DNA from: Ramazzottius varieornatus
Lineage: Eukaryota > Animalia > Tardigrada
Direction: 5' to 3'
Assembly (NCBI GenBank): GCA_001949185.1
Contig: BDGG01000001.1
Coordinates: 7,092,325 to 7,156,324, forward strand
Length of the DNA stretch: 64,000 nt
Shown here: positions 14,112 to 26,393 of the stretch, piece after piece
Position numbering within the stretch: the first letter of the stretch is position 1
Layout of the letters: each line of letters opens with the position of its first letter
Translations under genes and position numbers: made by a program
Notes under the pieces: generated by a model
The model's input: only the letters and a program-made list of their open reading frames with translations
The model's database searches: none
What the model was told of the DNA's origin: nothing

Positions 14112-14672
14112 TTAGGTTGTCTTCTTTTCCATCTGACTATCTGTTAATCTTCCAAGGTAGAAGATCCTAGCGATATTTCGATACAGTCCGTTGCTTTTTT
14201 CGTCAGAATGATCTCCAAAAACCAGATACATGTTACGAAAGGCAGTCTCCCACTTTTCTTCATCGGGGTAGACTGGAAAACCCACGGCCCTATCGCCCCG
14301 ACTCAATCGCAGTTTGACCAGTGGCTCCCCCTGACTGGCCACTATGTCCAGTTCTTCCTCGTTCAGATGAAGCATCTCGTCGTCAAAGGCGCCCATTCCT
14401 TCGCCCGCAAGTCCGTAGTTCTCGTAGTGGAACCTATGGTCATGTAAAACGGGTTGTCGGGAGAACCATGTCCCATCTGCTTCCACACACATTTCTCTAC
14501 CAGCTGCAGCAGAACATTCGATTCGATTGTCATCTGGATACTGACAGTTCCCGACTTGCCCATACTCTCCTTCCAACCATTCGTGTTCTCTCACCTCGAA
14601 AACGTCAAATCTCAACATCATCGGCATATCGCTCCCAGCTCTCGCCTGGTCTAACAGTAGGCCCCTCACCAA
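14112..14672 (-). CDS. Hypothetical protein, orphan ORF (possibly the last exon of a gene or a decayed gene)
   Basis: 186-codon ORF with protein-like composition. The frame stays open about 48 codons further upstream past a TTTCAG acceptor-like site near 14811. No recognisable family. Confidence 0.3.
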   Translation of the reverse strand: MVRGLLLDQARAGSDMPMMLRFDVFEVREHEWLEGEYGQVGNCQYPDDNRIECSAAAGREMCVEADGTWFSRQPVLHDHRFHYENYGLAGEGMGAFDDEMLHLNEEELDIVASQGEPLVKLRLSRGDRAVGFPVYPDEEKWETAFRNMYLVFGDHSDEKSNGLYRNIARIFYLGRLTDSQMEKKTT

Positions 14673-15841
14673 GGGTGAAGGGCAAGGTCGATTGTCAACG
14701 AGTCGCGTGACAGAAATTCCTTCACGATTTCGGCGAAGCCGCCGATTTCGCGCCAGAAGCCAGATCGGCTTCGTGACCCGCTCGTTTTGCCAGCAGTCGG
14801 AATTTCGAGTCTGAAAGCATCAGATCGGCTCATGGCTGAGTAACGAAATACCGGTACTTCAGATAGGGGTCGACCATGGGCACGAAATATTAATAATTAA
14901 AAATTTCATCGACAACAGACTCCGCGATGTCGCTTTCTCGTAAGACGAAGATTACCGAGTAAACCAGAAAAATGTCAGGTGTAAGCAAATTTCTCCTGCG
15001 AGGTTATCTTGCGAGCTATTCCTTCAATTTGACTACAGAGAAGAACTCGTTATACGTAATTACGAATAGCGCAGGAGCTGGTAGAGCACCTGAAGGGGTT
15101 TCTGATCGTTGTTTTATAACAGGCTTTTCGGAGCTCCTTTCGAGTCACAGCTGGAATTTCCCCTCGAAACCCGTTTTCGTACATTGACTGGTGTGATATG
15201 GAAAACAAGGATAACTATCTGCTAGACCTTAAGAAAGAAAAAAAGAAAAAGTTGAATAAAAGAAACGATGAAACTTCTCGAGAAGGAAACAGCGACGGTG
15301 ACAACTTTGCTGTAACGGACGGTAAAAGCAGTATTACTCACTTGACGCTTGAGCATCAGCCAGAACGCCTACGGACCGATGTCATCCTCCTCGAAGCCTC
15401 GTCCTGCTTTCTGGGTTTCCTTTGCGGGACTCTCGAGAAATATCCGACGGCTATAGAGTTGCGTTTTCGTGTTACCCAAATTCGATTACCATTCCTAACT
15501 TTTCAATGGAGCAACGTAAAGGCGAAGAGAGATTTTCAGGAAGAAGAGATCTATAGAAGTGATGCTCCTTCGATGCAGCGTCACGCGGACGAAGGAAGGA
15601 AAATTGATTTACACAACGCAATTTTTTTCGTAAACTTTTTCTGTACAATATAAAAACGGGGAAGAGATGGCAAATATCACAAAGAAAGTTATCTCATCAG
15701 CCGCCATATAAAAAGATGAAGTAAAGGAACAAATAACGCTTATTACAAATGCCCAAAAGAGGTCCCAAACCAGTCACTGATTACCGGCTTCACCGAAAGA
15801 CAGAAGTTGAAAACATGGCCCGTATCGTAACTATCACTTTT

Positions 15842-18800
15842 TCATCCATGAGGTACACTGTGTGGAAAACTAAAAGAATACCCTCTAGTTCGACCAGGGC
15901 CCGTACCGTTCATGCCCAGACCGTACTGTTCGTACGTCAATAGTAAATCTCGAAACAGTTCACGTTGACGAAGGTGAGAGGCTGTGGGCCTGTCATCAGG
16001 CTTCAAGGCTAATAACTGCTTGAGGAAGACCCAGTCGTTCTTACGACTCCACGGGTACTTGGTCACAGGGAACTTGAGCGACTTGGCGTCTTTCAGCGTC
16101 TGAATGCGCTCCATCTCTGTGTGGAAAGGTGTTACCAGCTCCAAGAATATTAGGCCTGAAAACCAGAGCGAAATCACAGTTTCTTTCCGTTTCATCGATA
16201 CTACTGCGACGGATTCTCACCTAAACTGTACACGTCGACCTTCTCGCAGTAGGCTCGACCGGCCATCAACTCTGGACTCATGTACAAAGACGTACCCACT
16301 TGGTTCGTATGTCCGTGGATACTCAACAGATCCTCTGCAAATGCCCGGAAAATTATGCTAACGTATTTGGGAAGTCGACAAATAATTTGACCACGAACGT
16401 TATCTCAAATGGCGCACGGTGTCATTGTTATTGGATGGAAGTGTGCGCCACTTAAGAAAACGATCATGTTCATGCATTTGCCAACGTTTTATTTTATATT
16501 ATATTGTATTATATCATGTATTATATTAAATTATATTTTACTATATTATATCATTTTGTTTTATTTTGTTTCTTGTTGGAAATGTTCCGTTTCACCTAAA
16601 GGAAGGCGCAGTTGAACGTCTTCGTCTTCCGTCGAAGTGACCAGTCCAAAGTCCGCAATCTTCACCGCTGTTTCGTCCAGGGAAAACAAGACGTTCGATG
16701 GCTTGAGATCGCGATGCATCAGACCCTTGCTGTGAATGTACTCGACAGCGCAGACAATCTGGTAGAAGATGTCCATGATATGATTGCGGTTCCTCGTTTC
16801 CACGTTGATCTTTAGCCAGTCTTTCAGCGTCTCTTTGCGGCACAGCTCCATCTGGATGAACAGCTGCGGTCTCACGGGAGCCTTGCATATATCGCCATTG
16901 CCTGTCGAGTCTGACAGGTCGGAAAGACCCGACAAGGATGGCGAACTCTTTTTGGTCGATGTCGAGCGCGATCGCTTCTGCGGGATTCCCACAGGGTCGT
17001 TCGGCAGTCTTCTCACCGGGTTACCTTGTGGGTCGAGCCGCTGGGACTCTTCCTGGAAGATTACCCCGCCGTCACTTCCGCTGAACACCGACTCGTCGAG
17101 CCCATCACCACAACCTGCAATGACACAATATGACACGACAACATAACACGTATGCCATCCTATGACATGACAACTTTACCACCATATGGAAACGCCTGAC
17201 ATGACAAAAAGACACAAAGATGACATGAAATGACAGCCTAAATGACATGTGACATGATGTGTGACATGGCAAACATTTCTTTACACATACAGTTAAATGG
17301 CAATATGACGTGACAAATGACGTGATGTGACATTACTCACAACTTACTCTGCGAGTTTTCCACGGAGGAAACTCGATCGATGGTCCACTCATCTTCTTCG
17401 GTGGTCTTCAGACCATGAATGTGTCCATCGACCATGGTAACGTTCCCCGGTTCGTGAGGAGCATCTTTCGAGTCTTCTTCAAAGAGTATGACGACCGAGT
17501 CGCTTCGGCCAAGGACAGGCGGCAAACTGCCCTTGTCCAGTGACTGTTTCCGGCGGACACGCTGAGTGCCGATCCAGTCGCTGCACAGGTCGGTGGAGAC
17601 GGCACTTTCCAGAGACGCTGGTTCGGTGTTGTTATTGCTGGTTATGGTGTACTTGGACGGCATAGGCCCATCGAAGACGTCGAGGTCCTCCGCTTCGGCT
17701 GACTTTGTCAGATGGTTCTCGTAGTCGTCAGCTTCCACCCAGGCGTTGAAGAACCGAACGATGCCGACGTGGTCGAGCTTGGCCAGAAATTTGACTTCTC
17801 TTCGAACCTTCTCGCGAGCCCATTCACTAAAAACATGTTATGTAAACCCACCTTGCAGATAGACTGGAAGTGTCAAACGAGACGTACAGACCGCCATCTC
17901 CAGCGGCGCACGCTATCATTGTTGCTGGCTGGAAGAGTGCGCCACTTAAAAATTTGTACGTTTCGTTTGCTGGTCTTTTAGGTTAAGCGGAAGAAAAACT
18001 CTCCCAAAGTTTATTCGAACTTCCCAAAATAATTCTCATTCCCAAAATCTGACCCTAAAACCATGCGACGGAAAATCAGGGAGACGAAAATTCTTGAAAG
18101 TTTTCACTTACGATGTCGGTAGTCGAATTTTCTTCACGGCGTAAACGTTGTCGTCCAGGCGATTTCTTGCAACATAGACAACCCCGAAACCACCTTTTCC
18201 CAAAGGGTTCGGTGGTAGGACTTCAAAGTCCGCTTGGAATCTGCAGAGAAAAGACTTTAACCATGAACCACGACCGCAGAAACAGCAAAGAGGATAAAGA
18301 ACAGTTTTACTTACCGGCTGGCTTTCGCAAACTCTTGAAGACTCAGTACGCTCGTCAAGGATTTCGTGGCCCCACTACTTCCGGTGTTCTGTCTTTGCAG
18401 GGCTTCACTCTTCGCTTGTGTGGCTCGGGGCTTGTACTGCAAGAAGTAGTATCCAGCTGCGATGGCCGGCAGCAGGATCATGCCCGTCATTGAGCGCCAG
18501 TAGGATACCAGCCGATGAAGCACGCTTCCCTCTTGCTTGCCGTCCATCTGGACCGGAGTGGGACAAGCTGGGTGGGTACCGTCAGATGACGCCAGAAGAT
18601 ACCCATTGTCGAACGGGTAGTCGTGAGGGCGCACTGCCACCAGGGCGTTGGCTCCGGAAGGACTGTCGGGAAGAACGAATGGTCGGTAGGCTGCAGCGAT
18701 GGCTGGCGTCCGCGAAGGAGCTGATGATAAACTTGGAGTTAATTAAAGGATTGAGACCCAGGCAAGCAGACTCGAAAAGATCGTTTTCTCGATTGGCGTA

Positions 18801-20589
18801 CGTATCAGTCAGTAACACTAGAAGCGTGCGCCACTTGGGAAAGCCAACAAACAAACTTCGCTTTCAGTCAGTAACAATAACAACGTGCCTCACTTCGAAA
18901 AAGCTTGGTTAAGACTATTTTCCAAGTGCCGGGCGTTTGTAGTGTTACTGGCTGGCAGCAAGCGCCTCTTGGGAAGTAATCTAGTCGAGTTTGTTTGTCG
19001 AGCTTCCAACTATCATAAAACAAGGACATAAAACCACCGCATCCTCGAAATTACCGCTTATAAGGAGAGGCCGGAACGTCACATGGGGAAAATGGTGATG
19101 ATTTATCGAGTGCGGTTCTATCTTTTTTCGAGAATGCTGGATGTAAAGCTGGTCGTCGAACTGACCTACGAGCAGACATGTGAACACTTTACAGATGACA
19201 ACGTTAGAACGTGAAATTAATGTAGTTCTACGTAATGAGTTTTGAGTTTATTATGATGTAAGGACAGGATAACAACGTTTGATGTGCTGAATGGCTCACC
19301 TATATAGATAAGGTGGCTCTTGTCGTCAGGTGGGACTGGGGATGGCGTGATGAAAGGTGGAACGTGGTCCATGATGTCTAACGCTTTGACACATCCGTCA
19401 CGGATGATCCACGCGCTCGTGATCGCATGCTTGAACTGAAAGAATGAATTTCTAACCAACTATCTCATTCATAGTGATGGTTCATGAATAAATAGTACTT
19501 ACTTGGAAGCGCCACTGTTCGGCATGACCATCGGCTAACATCGCGGAAATCAACCCAGTAGTTATATCGAACTGTAAGTTCATTTCCTTCTCTACGTCTC
19601 CCAAGTAGGCGCAACTCTGGTCATCTCGAAGCTCGGGCCGCCCGTGTGTCTGACCGTGAGCCATCGCGACGTCCAAGGAGGACACTGAGAAGTTCCACTT
19701 CTCGTCGCCTCGATGAATGTCGAAGGCTCGAACGGTCTGACTGAGACGACTAACCAGCAAGGTTCCGTCCTCAGACTTGTTATCAACATTCTGCGGGAAC
19801 GTCTGACATCCACTGGCTGCGCAGGTGTACTTTACCTGCACAAGACACAACATCAAACGCACAACAAACACTACCCCCTTTAGAGCGACGCGAGACGTCG
19901 GTCTGCATACTGTAACCGGTGTGACAGAACTTACATCACGCGCCAAGTGAGATGGATACGTGAATTATAAATTTATTTCTTACTTGACCGCTGCGCAAAT
20001 CGAGCCCGTAGATCTTGCTTTCTTTCCCTCCGGTAATGATCACATCTTCTGAGACCTTGAAGGAAGAACTCAGCAGAGTATCAGTAGAAACAGGGAGAGG
20101 TTCGATGCTTTCTCCATCGAAGGAAAACAGTCCACCGTCCAAGGAGGGAATTAGCTGCAACTTCACTCCATCCTTCACGAGCTATAAGATAGCTTTGCAG
20201 TTTCACGTGTAGGTAAAGCAACCACCGTACTAAGCCTACCTCAATCTTCGACAAGCTGGACGACAGCAGCGGCCCAGGTTTCGTATCAATCGTCCATAAC
20301 GGCGCTGCTTCCGAGGAGAACTTCTCGTCAGCATTGAACGCCGTCAAACTCCCATCGATCGCTCCGATGAGCAACATTGCGGCTGGGTTCCTACAAAGAA
20401 AAGAGTTATGAACATTTTGCATCATGCAAAAAAGAGTAACACGTACTTCTCTGGGAGAGTTGTCAGTGGATATCCTTGCTGTCCTCCTTGGTTACTCGGT
20501 GTTTCGCTGGCGTGCAGCATGACGACGCTGACGAGGAAGACAATGCCTGCTCCGACACCGAGGATAAGCCACCGTCCACAATGGGCCAT
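15842..20589 (-). CDS. EIF2AK3: eIF2-alpha kinase PERK (EIF2AK3/PEK-1), multi-exon
   Basis: Signal peptide ([27 protein letters not shown]); IRE1/PERK-type luminal domain ([24 protein letters not shown]); TM helix; kinase with long insert ([61 protein letters not shown]). Confidence 0.93.
16369..16486. repeat. Family A, 1 unit (PERK intron)
   Basis: Core at 16410, N27, followed by an (ATATT)n-like tract. Confidence 0.88.
16487..16570. repeat. AT-rich (ATATT/TATTT)n low-complexity tract
   Basis: Directly visible pentamer-like repeat in a PERK intron. Confidence 0.8.
17120..17335. repeat. Degenerate (TGACA)n pentamer satellite filling a PERK intron
   Basis: More than a dozen TGACA/TGACG-like words across about 200 bp. 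Confidence 0.75.
17866..17976. repeat. Family A, 1 unit (PERK intron)
   Basis: Core at 17904 (CGGCGCA), N27. Confidence 0.85.
18758..19007. repeat. Family A, degenerate 3-unit array (PERK intron)
   Basis: Cores at 18794 (N26), ~18860 (left core lost) and 18927 (N27). Confidence 0.82.
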
Positions 20590-21455
20590 CCTGCCATCTA
20601 TTCCATGGACGCGAGGTTTATGGAAGGTGCTTCTGAAACGAGTAGAACTAGCAAAGTCTGCACTTAGCAGGAAGAGGAAGGTCCAACTGGACCTAGATGA
20701 CGTGTTCAGATAACGCATGATCTCATACCGTCGCCAACTGAAGCGTCAGCTGACTGCTCAGCAGCCAGCAACTGATTGCTTTCTGCCGATCCAAGCTGCT
20801 GCTCCGCTGCTTGAAGTCGACGAATAGGTGTGAATATCACATAAGGATGCGCCTAAAAGATGGCCGCAGGAAGCTTCCAGAATGGAAATTTTTCGGATTT
20901 CCGTATTTTCGTAATTTTGGAGTTTGGATTTTTGGTTTTAATTTCGTCCTCACTTCAATCAAAACTTAACTTCGACCAATCGGAATCACTGAACCAACTG
21001 GTCCAACAGGTGGGTCCGCCGGTCTGGCGCACTGACGGAACTGTGCCGTTGTTACGTTGTACAGCCAGTGCGGCCATACTACCGTCCCAGGCCGTACTAC
21101 CGTCCTAGAACAGCGCTCTGCATCAGCGGAACCGTAACCTCGTAGCGGCATAAGCATATCCGAACTCCGAAGTCATGCGCGCAATCAAGCGAGAGCTCGT
21201 GATCACTTCGACTGCGAGAACATAAGTAATTTTATTTATTCCATTTCCATTCCAGAATGCAGTATACAGAATTTCAGATTGCGTTTCCTTGCCCTCTTTT
21301 TGTTTCCTCCGAAAACTGGGCGAGCTCGAAGCTGTTGGGTCATACAGGAATCTCCAGAGTCTCCTGGAGCAGATCAGACGGTGGAAATAAATAAGCAGCG
21401 ACTACATTGCTCCCGGAGCTAGATGTGGACGGCGTCCGGATCGCGCAGCTAGAAG

Positions 21456-23593
21456 ATGCCCCCATCATGTCGAATTCCCGCTCAGAACGTCAAAGGTATG
21501 TGAAATCACGCACACACACATTCATACGTAACTTTACGTTGAAAATATATTTTACAGTTCTGTCACGGGCGTTCCAGGCGCTGTCTCGGATAGGCGACGA
21601 AGTCCTGATTGAATTTGGATGCTCACAAGTAAGTTAACCGTCATTTACCGTAGAGTCATTTCTTCACGAACTCAACCATGCATCCTTCCATAGATGATAT
21701 TCAAGGCTCTGTCACAAAACAGCGCAGCTTACGGGACATTTGTTTTCCGCCAAGACTTCTTTGTGGATTTTCGGAACGAAGCCGCCAGGATACCCCACCC
21801 TCGCGATTCGATAACGCGCTTCAAAGTTCCTCTTCGCGTAAGTCTTTAACCGTTGATGAAGTACTCCTCATGCAACTTTACATTATAACTCTGTGATGTA
21901 TGAACTAGTTTATCCTCCCAGTCTTCAAAACCTGCAACACCGCCGAACACTTTCTCGATTCGTGCGAGATCGAGGCTGACATGCCGGAAAATAGACTACA
22001 TATCCGATTCGTCAAGAAATCCCGTGAGTACTGATCCATCTTCTAAACAACACTACTGTGAGAAAGCAAACTGAACGTTTGTTCTTAGGTGTGGTACATT
22101 CCTACAGTTTGTTCATCATGGACGGCGGACCGCTCAAGCCGCGTGTTGGGAAAGATGACATGAAAAGTCACTGCGTCGCTTCGGTGAGGTTACTCGGCGA
22201 AATCCTGGACAATTTCGCCAACAACGTCATAGAAATCACCATCGAGTTTACCGAACAACAGTTCTTTGTCAGTAACCATTCGATGAGTACCAGCGGTAAG
22301 TGTCTCGCTCTGCTCGACGTTTCCCTGATTTGCTTCCCGCCGGAAGTCGAATATTTCTTCCAACCAAAAGTGGTTCGCTTGCAGTTGCAACATCGTCGTT
22401 TCAGATCCTTCCCAACAGTCACATGTCAGACTCTTCTTCGACATGAATGAGTTCGACCACTATGAAGTGGACAGCGCTACCAGCTTGACAATTACCCTCA
22501 AAGAGCTGAAAGGAATCGTTGGCTTCATGTCAGCCGGAAACTCGGTAGTCCACACTGCTGACTTCAACACCATGATGGGCATTCCTGTCAAGCTGTACTT
22601 CACGACAGCAGGAGAGTAAGTTTCACAGATCCGATTCCCCTTCTTCTCCAGCTAAGTCGTAATTTTTGTTTTCTTTCCATCCAGGCCGTTGCTGATCTTC
22701 ATCGAGTCGCCTCGTCAGTATGAAGCTTCCTTTGTCATCTCCACCACGGATCCGCCTGCCGACCCTTCTCAAGGTGCTCACGGAAGTGGCTCAACTGTTC
22801 CGCCAGGACAGTCCACCAACAGGATGTCTCGCATCTCTGACGCTCGAAGTCATGTCAGTGGAAATGGACAGTCGACACAGAATGGTCCACGAGTCAACGC
22901 CAACGGGACCTCGCACAACGCTAACCGTCAGTCGGGCTTACCTGTGAGTAGACAGTCAAACAACCCCGCCAGCGGACCTCCCCGCGTACCTTCCCAGAAC
23001 GCCCAACCCGATCCAGTCGAAAATGGTGAATTAAATAGTTTGATTTGGAAGCTCTGTAAAATATACTCAACACGATCATTTATCCAAGTGGCGCACACTT
23101 CCGCCTGATAGTACTGCAGGCGTGCGCCACTTGGGAAACCGATATTATCGAGTTTCCAGGTGGCGCAAGTATTATCGGCTGAGAGCATGCGCCACTTGGA
23201 CAAGAGATCTTGTGGAGTTTATTCGCCGAACTCGCATTTCTCGGTTTTGGGAATATTCTAACTGAAACTTGTCTCGTGAATCACTCGTTGTTGTTGTTGT
23301 TGTTTCTTGTAGAGAACTTCCATGCGCCGCTTCCGTCTCTCCATCCCCAAGCAGACGAACCAGTCGTCCCCGAAGCAGTGCCTGAAGTGGAGGTCCAGAA
23401 CGAAGGTTCTCCAGTGGCGGCAACAGGTGAAGGCAGTGCAACAAAACGAGTGAAGCTGCCTCAGGTTTCCCTGTGGATGGATGAATCTCCTCGTGACCAT
23501 AACTCTCAAGTTGTCGCTGACGAGATATTAGCCTACGACTCAGACGACGAACCTGTAGATGACGATGAATTTTACCATAATTTCGAACGCTAA
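21456..23593 (+). CDS. RAD9: Checkpoint clamp (9-1-1) subunit RAD9, multi-exon
   Basis: The spliced start MPPSCRIPAQNVK/VLSRAFQALSRIGDEVLIE matches the RAD9 N-terminal motif. Also ITLKELKGIVGF and LYFTTAG.PL, a disordered tail, and terminal ILAYDSDDE resembling the RAD9 VLAEDSE phospho-motif. Confidence 0.88.
23046..23233. repeat. Family A, 2-unit array (RAD9 intron)
   Basis: Cores at 23089 (N27) and 23161 (N20), period 72. Confidence 0.9.
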
Positions 23594-23846
23594 TTCTGGC
23601 TCATTAAATTCGAGATATTTTCATGAGCGAAACCGTCGTAGCGAGAACTTCATTCTCTCCAACGTTGGCTTCTTTCTTGTGTTACTGTTGAGTCTGCAAA
23701 CTGTCACGTTTCGCAGTAACGTAATGCATAAGGTAGTCTGGAAAATAGAACAGTGAAAATTCGTACCGATAAAATCGAAAGTTCTTCTGAACAAATAGTA
23801 CGAAAACTATTGAAAGAAAAGCTTCGAACTGATGAATAAAAATAAT

Positions 23847-25965
23847 TTATTTTCTGGACATGAATTTAGCGGCAGCGTTGAGGCATTCGTCGCCCTGCCA
23901 CATGCCAATCAGCTTATCGCATTCTAACTGGTTGACTTTGTGGAGTTTTCCTTGGTTTAGTGATCGCATGAATTTCTTCGATTCCAACAGAGAGTTAGGC
24001 AAGAGTTTCGGAATCTGTTCGAGCTTTCGCTTCACTTCCGTATCGAAAGATTCAGATGGGAAGACTTCGGTGACGAAGCCGGCCTGAAGTGCTTCGGCTG
24101 CTTGGAGCTTCTTGCCCAGCAGCAGCATCTCGTTCGCCTACAAAAAGGCGGATTTTGTTTGTTCAGCCACAACGTGTCAAATTTCGACTTCAGCAGTAAT
24201 AAGCAGTCGTTCCACAGCCCACTGTCCACAGCAGCTGGCGACCGTTATCCGACACACGATTGCTTGTTGCCGCTGACTTCAAAAGTACGAATTTACCTTG
24301 ATAGGACCCATGATTTTCTTGAATGTGTAGCTTGAGCAACCTTCGGGCGTTAGTCCAAGACTGGTGAACGGAGTATGAAAGTACGCCTACAGAAAAGAAA
24401 ATGTTCGGTCTTTGAAACATGGGCAGACGAATTGAACCAGACCATTGCCTCAAGTGGCGCACGGTTACATTGTTATCGTTCGGAAATGTGCGCCACTTGG
24501 GAAAACGATCTGGTTAAACTCATCTTCCCATGTCCCATTGGTCTCAATAAAATGAAGCAGCCATCTCGGTTTCTTCGGAAATTAGTAAACGCTATTAGAA
24601 GACTGAAATACGGGAAGAACGCGATTCGTACCGCATCGCTGGCGTAGACGACATCATAGAGCCCCATGGTTGTGCAGGCGATGCCGATGCAGGGTCCTTG
24701 GACGACGCCAACGAGGAGCTTGGGGTGATCAATGAAGGCAGTCACGAATTTTCTGCAGAAATAAACTTTCATCAGACTTCAACAAGGGAACTAGACTACT
24801 ATCGAACCATCACAGCGTCATGACATACTCACTCTAATAGGACAGCCGATTCTTCAGCGATTTCCTTCATGGGCCTCCCCATTCCCAAATACTTCGCAAC
24901 ACTGCCCAGGTCATTTCCGGCCGAGAACTGCTTTCCCGCTCCTAGGACGAACATGCTTTTGCCTTCAATGCCTACTTATCGATTTTGACAGATAAAACTT
25001 GCCGGTAATAACAGTAGCATACGACTTGTTGTTGGCCGCATTGCTCAGTGCGTCGGTCAATTCTTGGTACATTTCCGGTGTAATGGAGTTCATTTTCTTG
25101 GGTCTGGATAAGTACACTCGGGGTTAAAATGGATTGCAAGCTTCACGGAGAATGTAACAAGGTGGTTGTACGCTAACGGAATGCCTGTTTAAAGTGATGT
25201 AGGTTATTTTTCCCTCCTCGCGATACAGAATAGTCTCGTATTTGCCACTATCTGCTGTAGAGGAAGATCCGGAAGACCCCGAATCTTCAGAGTCTCCGCC
25301 TTGCTCTTTGAGAAGTTCGTTCACAGTATCGATGTACTTTTGCTTCGCATCGTCCTGCCAAGGAGGCATATCACATTAAGCATTTTACAAAGAATAAACA
25401 GGAGTTTTGGTGCAGTATGAGGTGCGAACAGGGAAGCAAACCTGAGACATCGAGCCGAGTTCCTTCCATGCTGACCACTTCGCTTTTCCCACCATGTCAA
25501 GCATCCCCGGCTTTGCAACATTACACTCTCCCGTCGTAGCCTGCAATCATCAGAACAACAGGCTGCAGCTCGTCGAACGTTTAGTACTCAGCACAGTATT
25601 TTAACAAAGACCACAAGTCCAGTACAGCAACTGTACCTTTGAGCCGCGCATGACGTAACGATAAGCCGGGTTTAGAATTCATGCTGTCTGCTGACGTCAT
25701 GCGCTAGTCCGTCGAACCATGAAAATCTTACCTGCTTAAACAACCCGTACAGTTTCAGCTTGACAGTTGGACCAGGGTCTTCCTTCAGCGTGTTCAACTT
25801 CTCCTTGGCATCCTCAAATGACTCTGCCCTGGACGCAAAGAGTCGTTGTTGCTGGAAGAGAGCTGCAGCTTGGGGAAAGCGCTGAGCAGCCGATCCCACG
25901 TTTCTTGGGGCAGCTTGCCCCTGCACAATGCCTCTCCAAGCGAGCAGCGAAGCTCGTTGCCACAT
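23847..25965 (-). CDS. ECI2: Enoyl-CoA delta isomerase 2 (ACBP domain plus crotonase domain), multi-exon
   Basis: Mitochondrial presequence-like N-terminus; ACBP domain ([31 protein letters not shown]); crotonase domain ([44 protein letters not shown]). Confidence 0.9.
24414..24536. repeat. Family A, 1 unit (ECI2 intron)
   Basis: Core at 24455, N27. Confidence 0.9.
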
Positions 25966-26393
25966 GATACCGGTCGTTCCGTCCGCACCTTCTGAAATAC
26001 ACAAAGTCAACTCAGAAGGAAAGTTTGCGAAATGCAGAAGCACGATCGCTTTAGTTCGAAAAATGCTTTTGCACAGTCCGAACTCCGAAATCCAGACCGA
26101 GGTCCGACCAGGCAAGGATAACGAAAACATCACTATGGTCGTTTTCTACTCGCGACGGAACAAACTGGCCTGTATCGCTAACGACAAGTATGGAGCGAAA
26201 ATACTTGAAACAATTGTTGACCCGTTTGCTGTTTAGAATCAGCTGTTTCAGCGTTCAATAAGACGCCCTCCCTTGATTAGTCATTGATTGGGCGCACCCG
26301 AAAAACTTGGTCTTTTTTTAGTAGTTTTATCGAAGTTCTTATCCCACTCTTTTGTTCTCGTTCGTCAGGATATGAGCATTTCCGAAAGAAAGG
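25966..26393. promoter_or_regulatory. Probable bidirectional promoter, ECI2/LACTB
   Basis: Divergent ATGs are only ~430 bp apart; an ATTGG (CCAAT) box lies near 26287. Confidence 0.5.
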
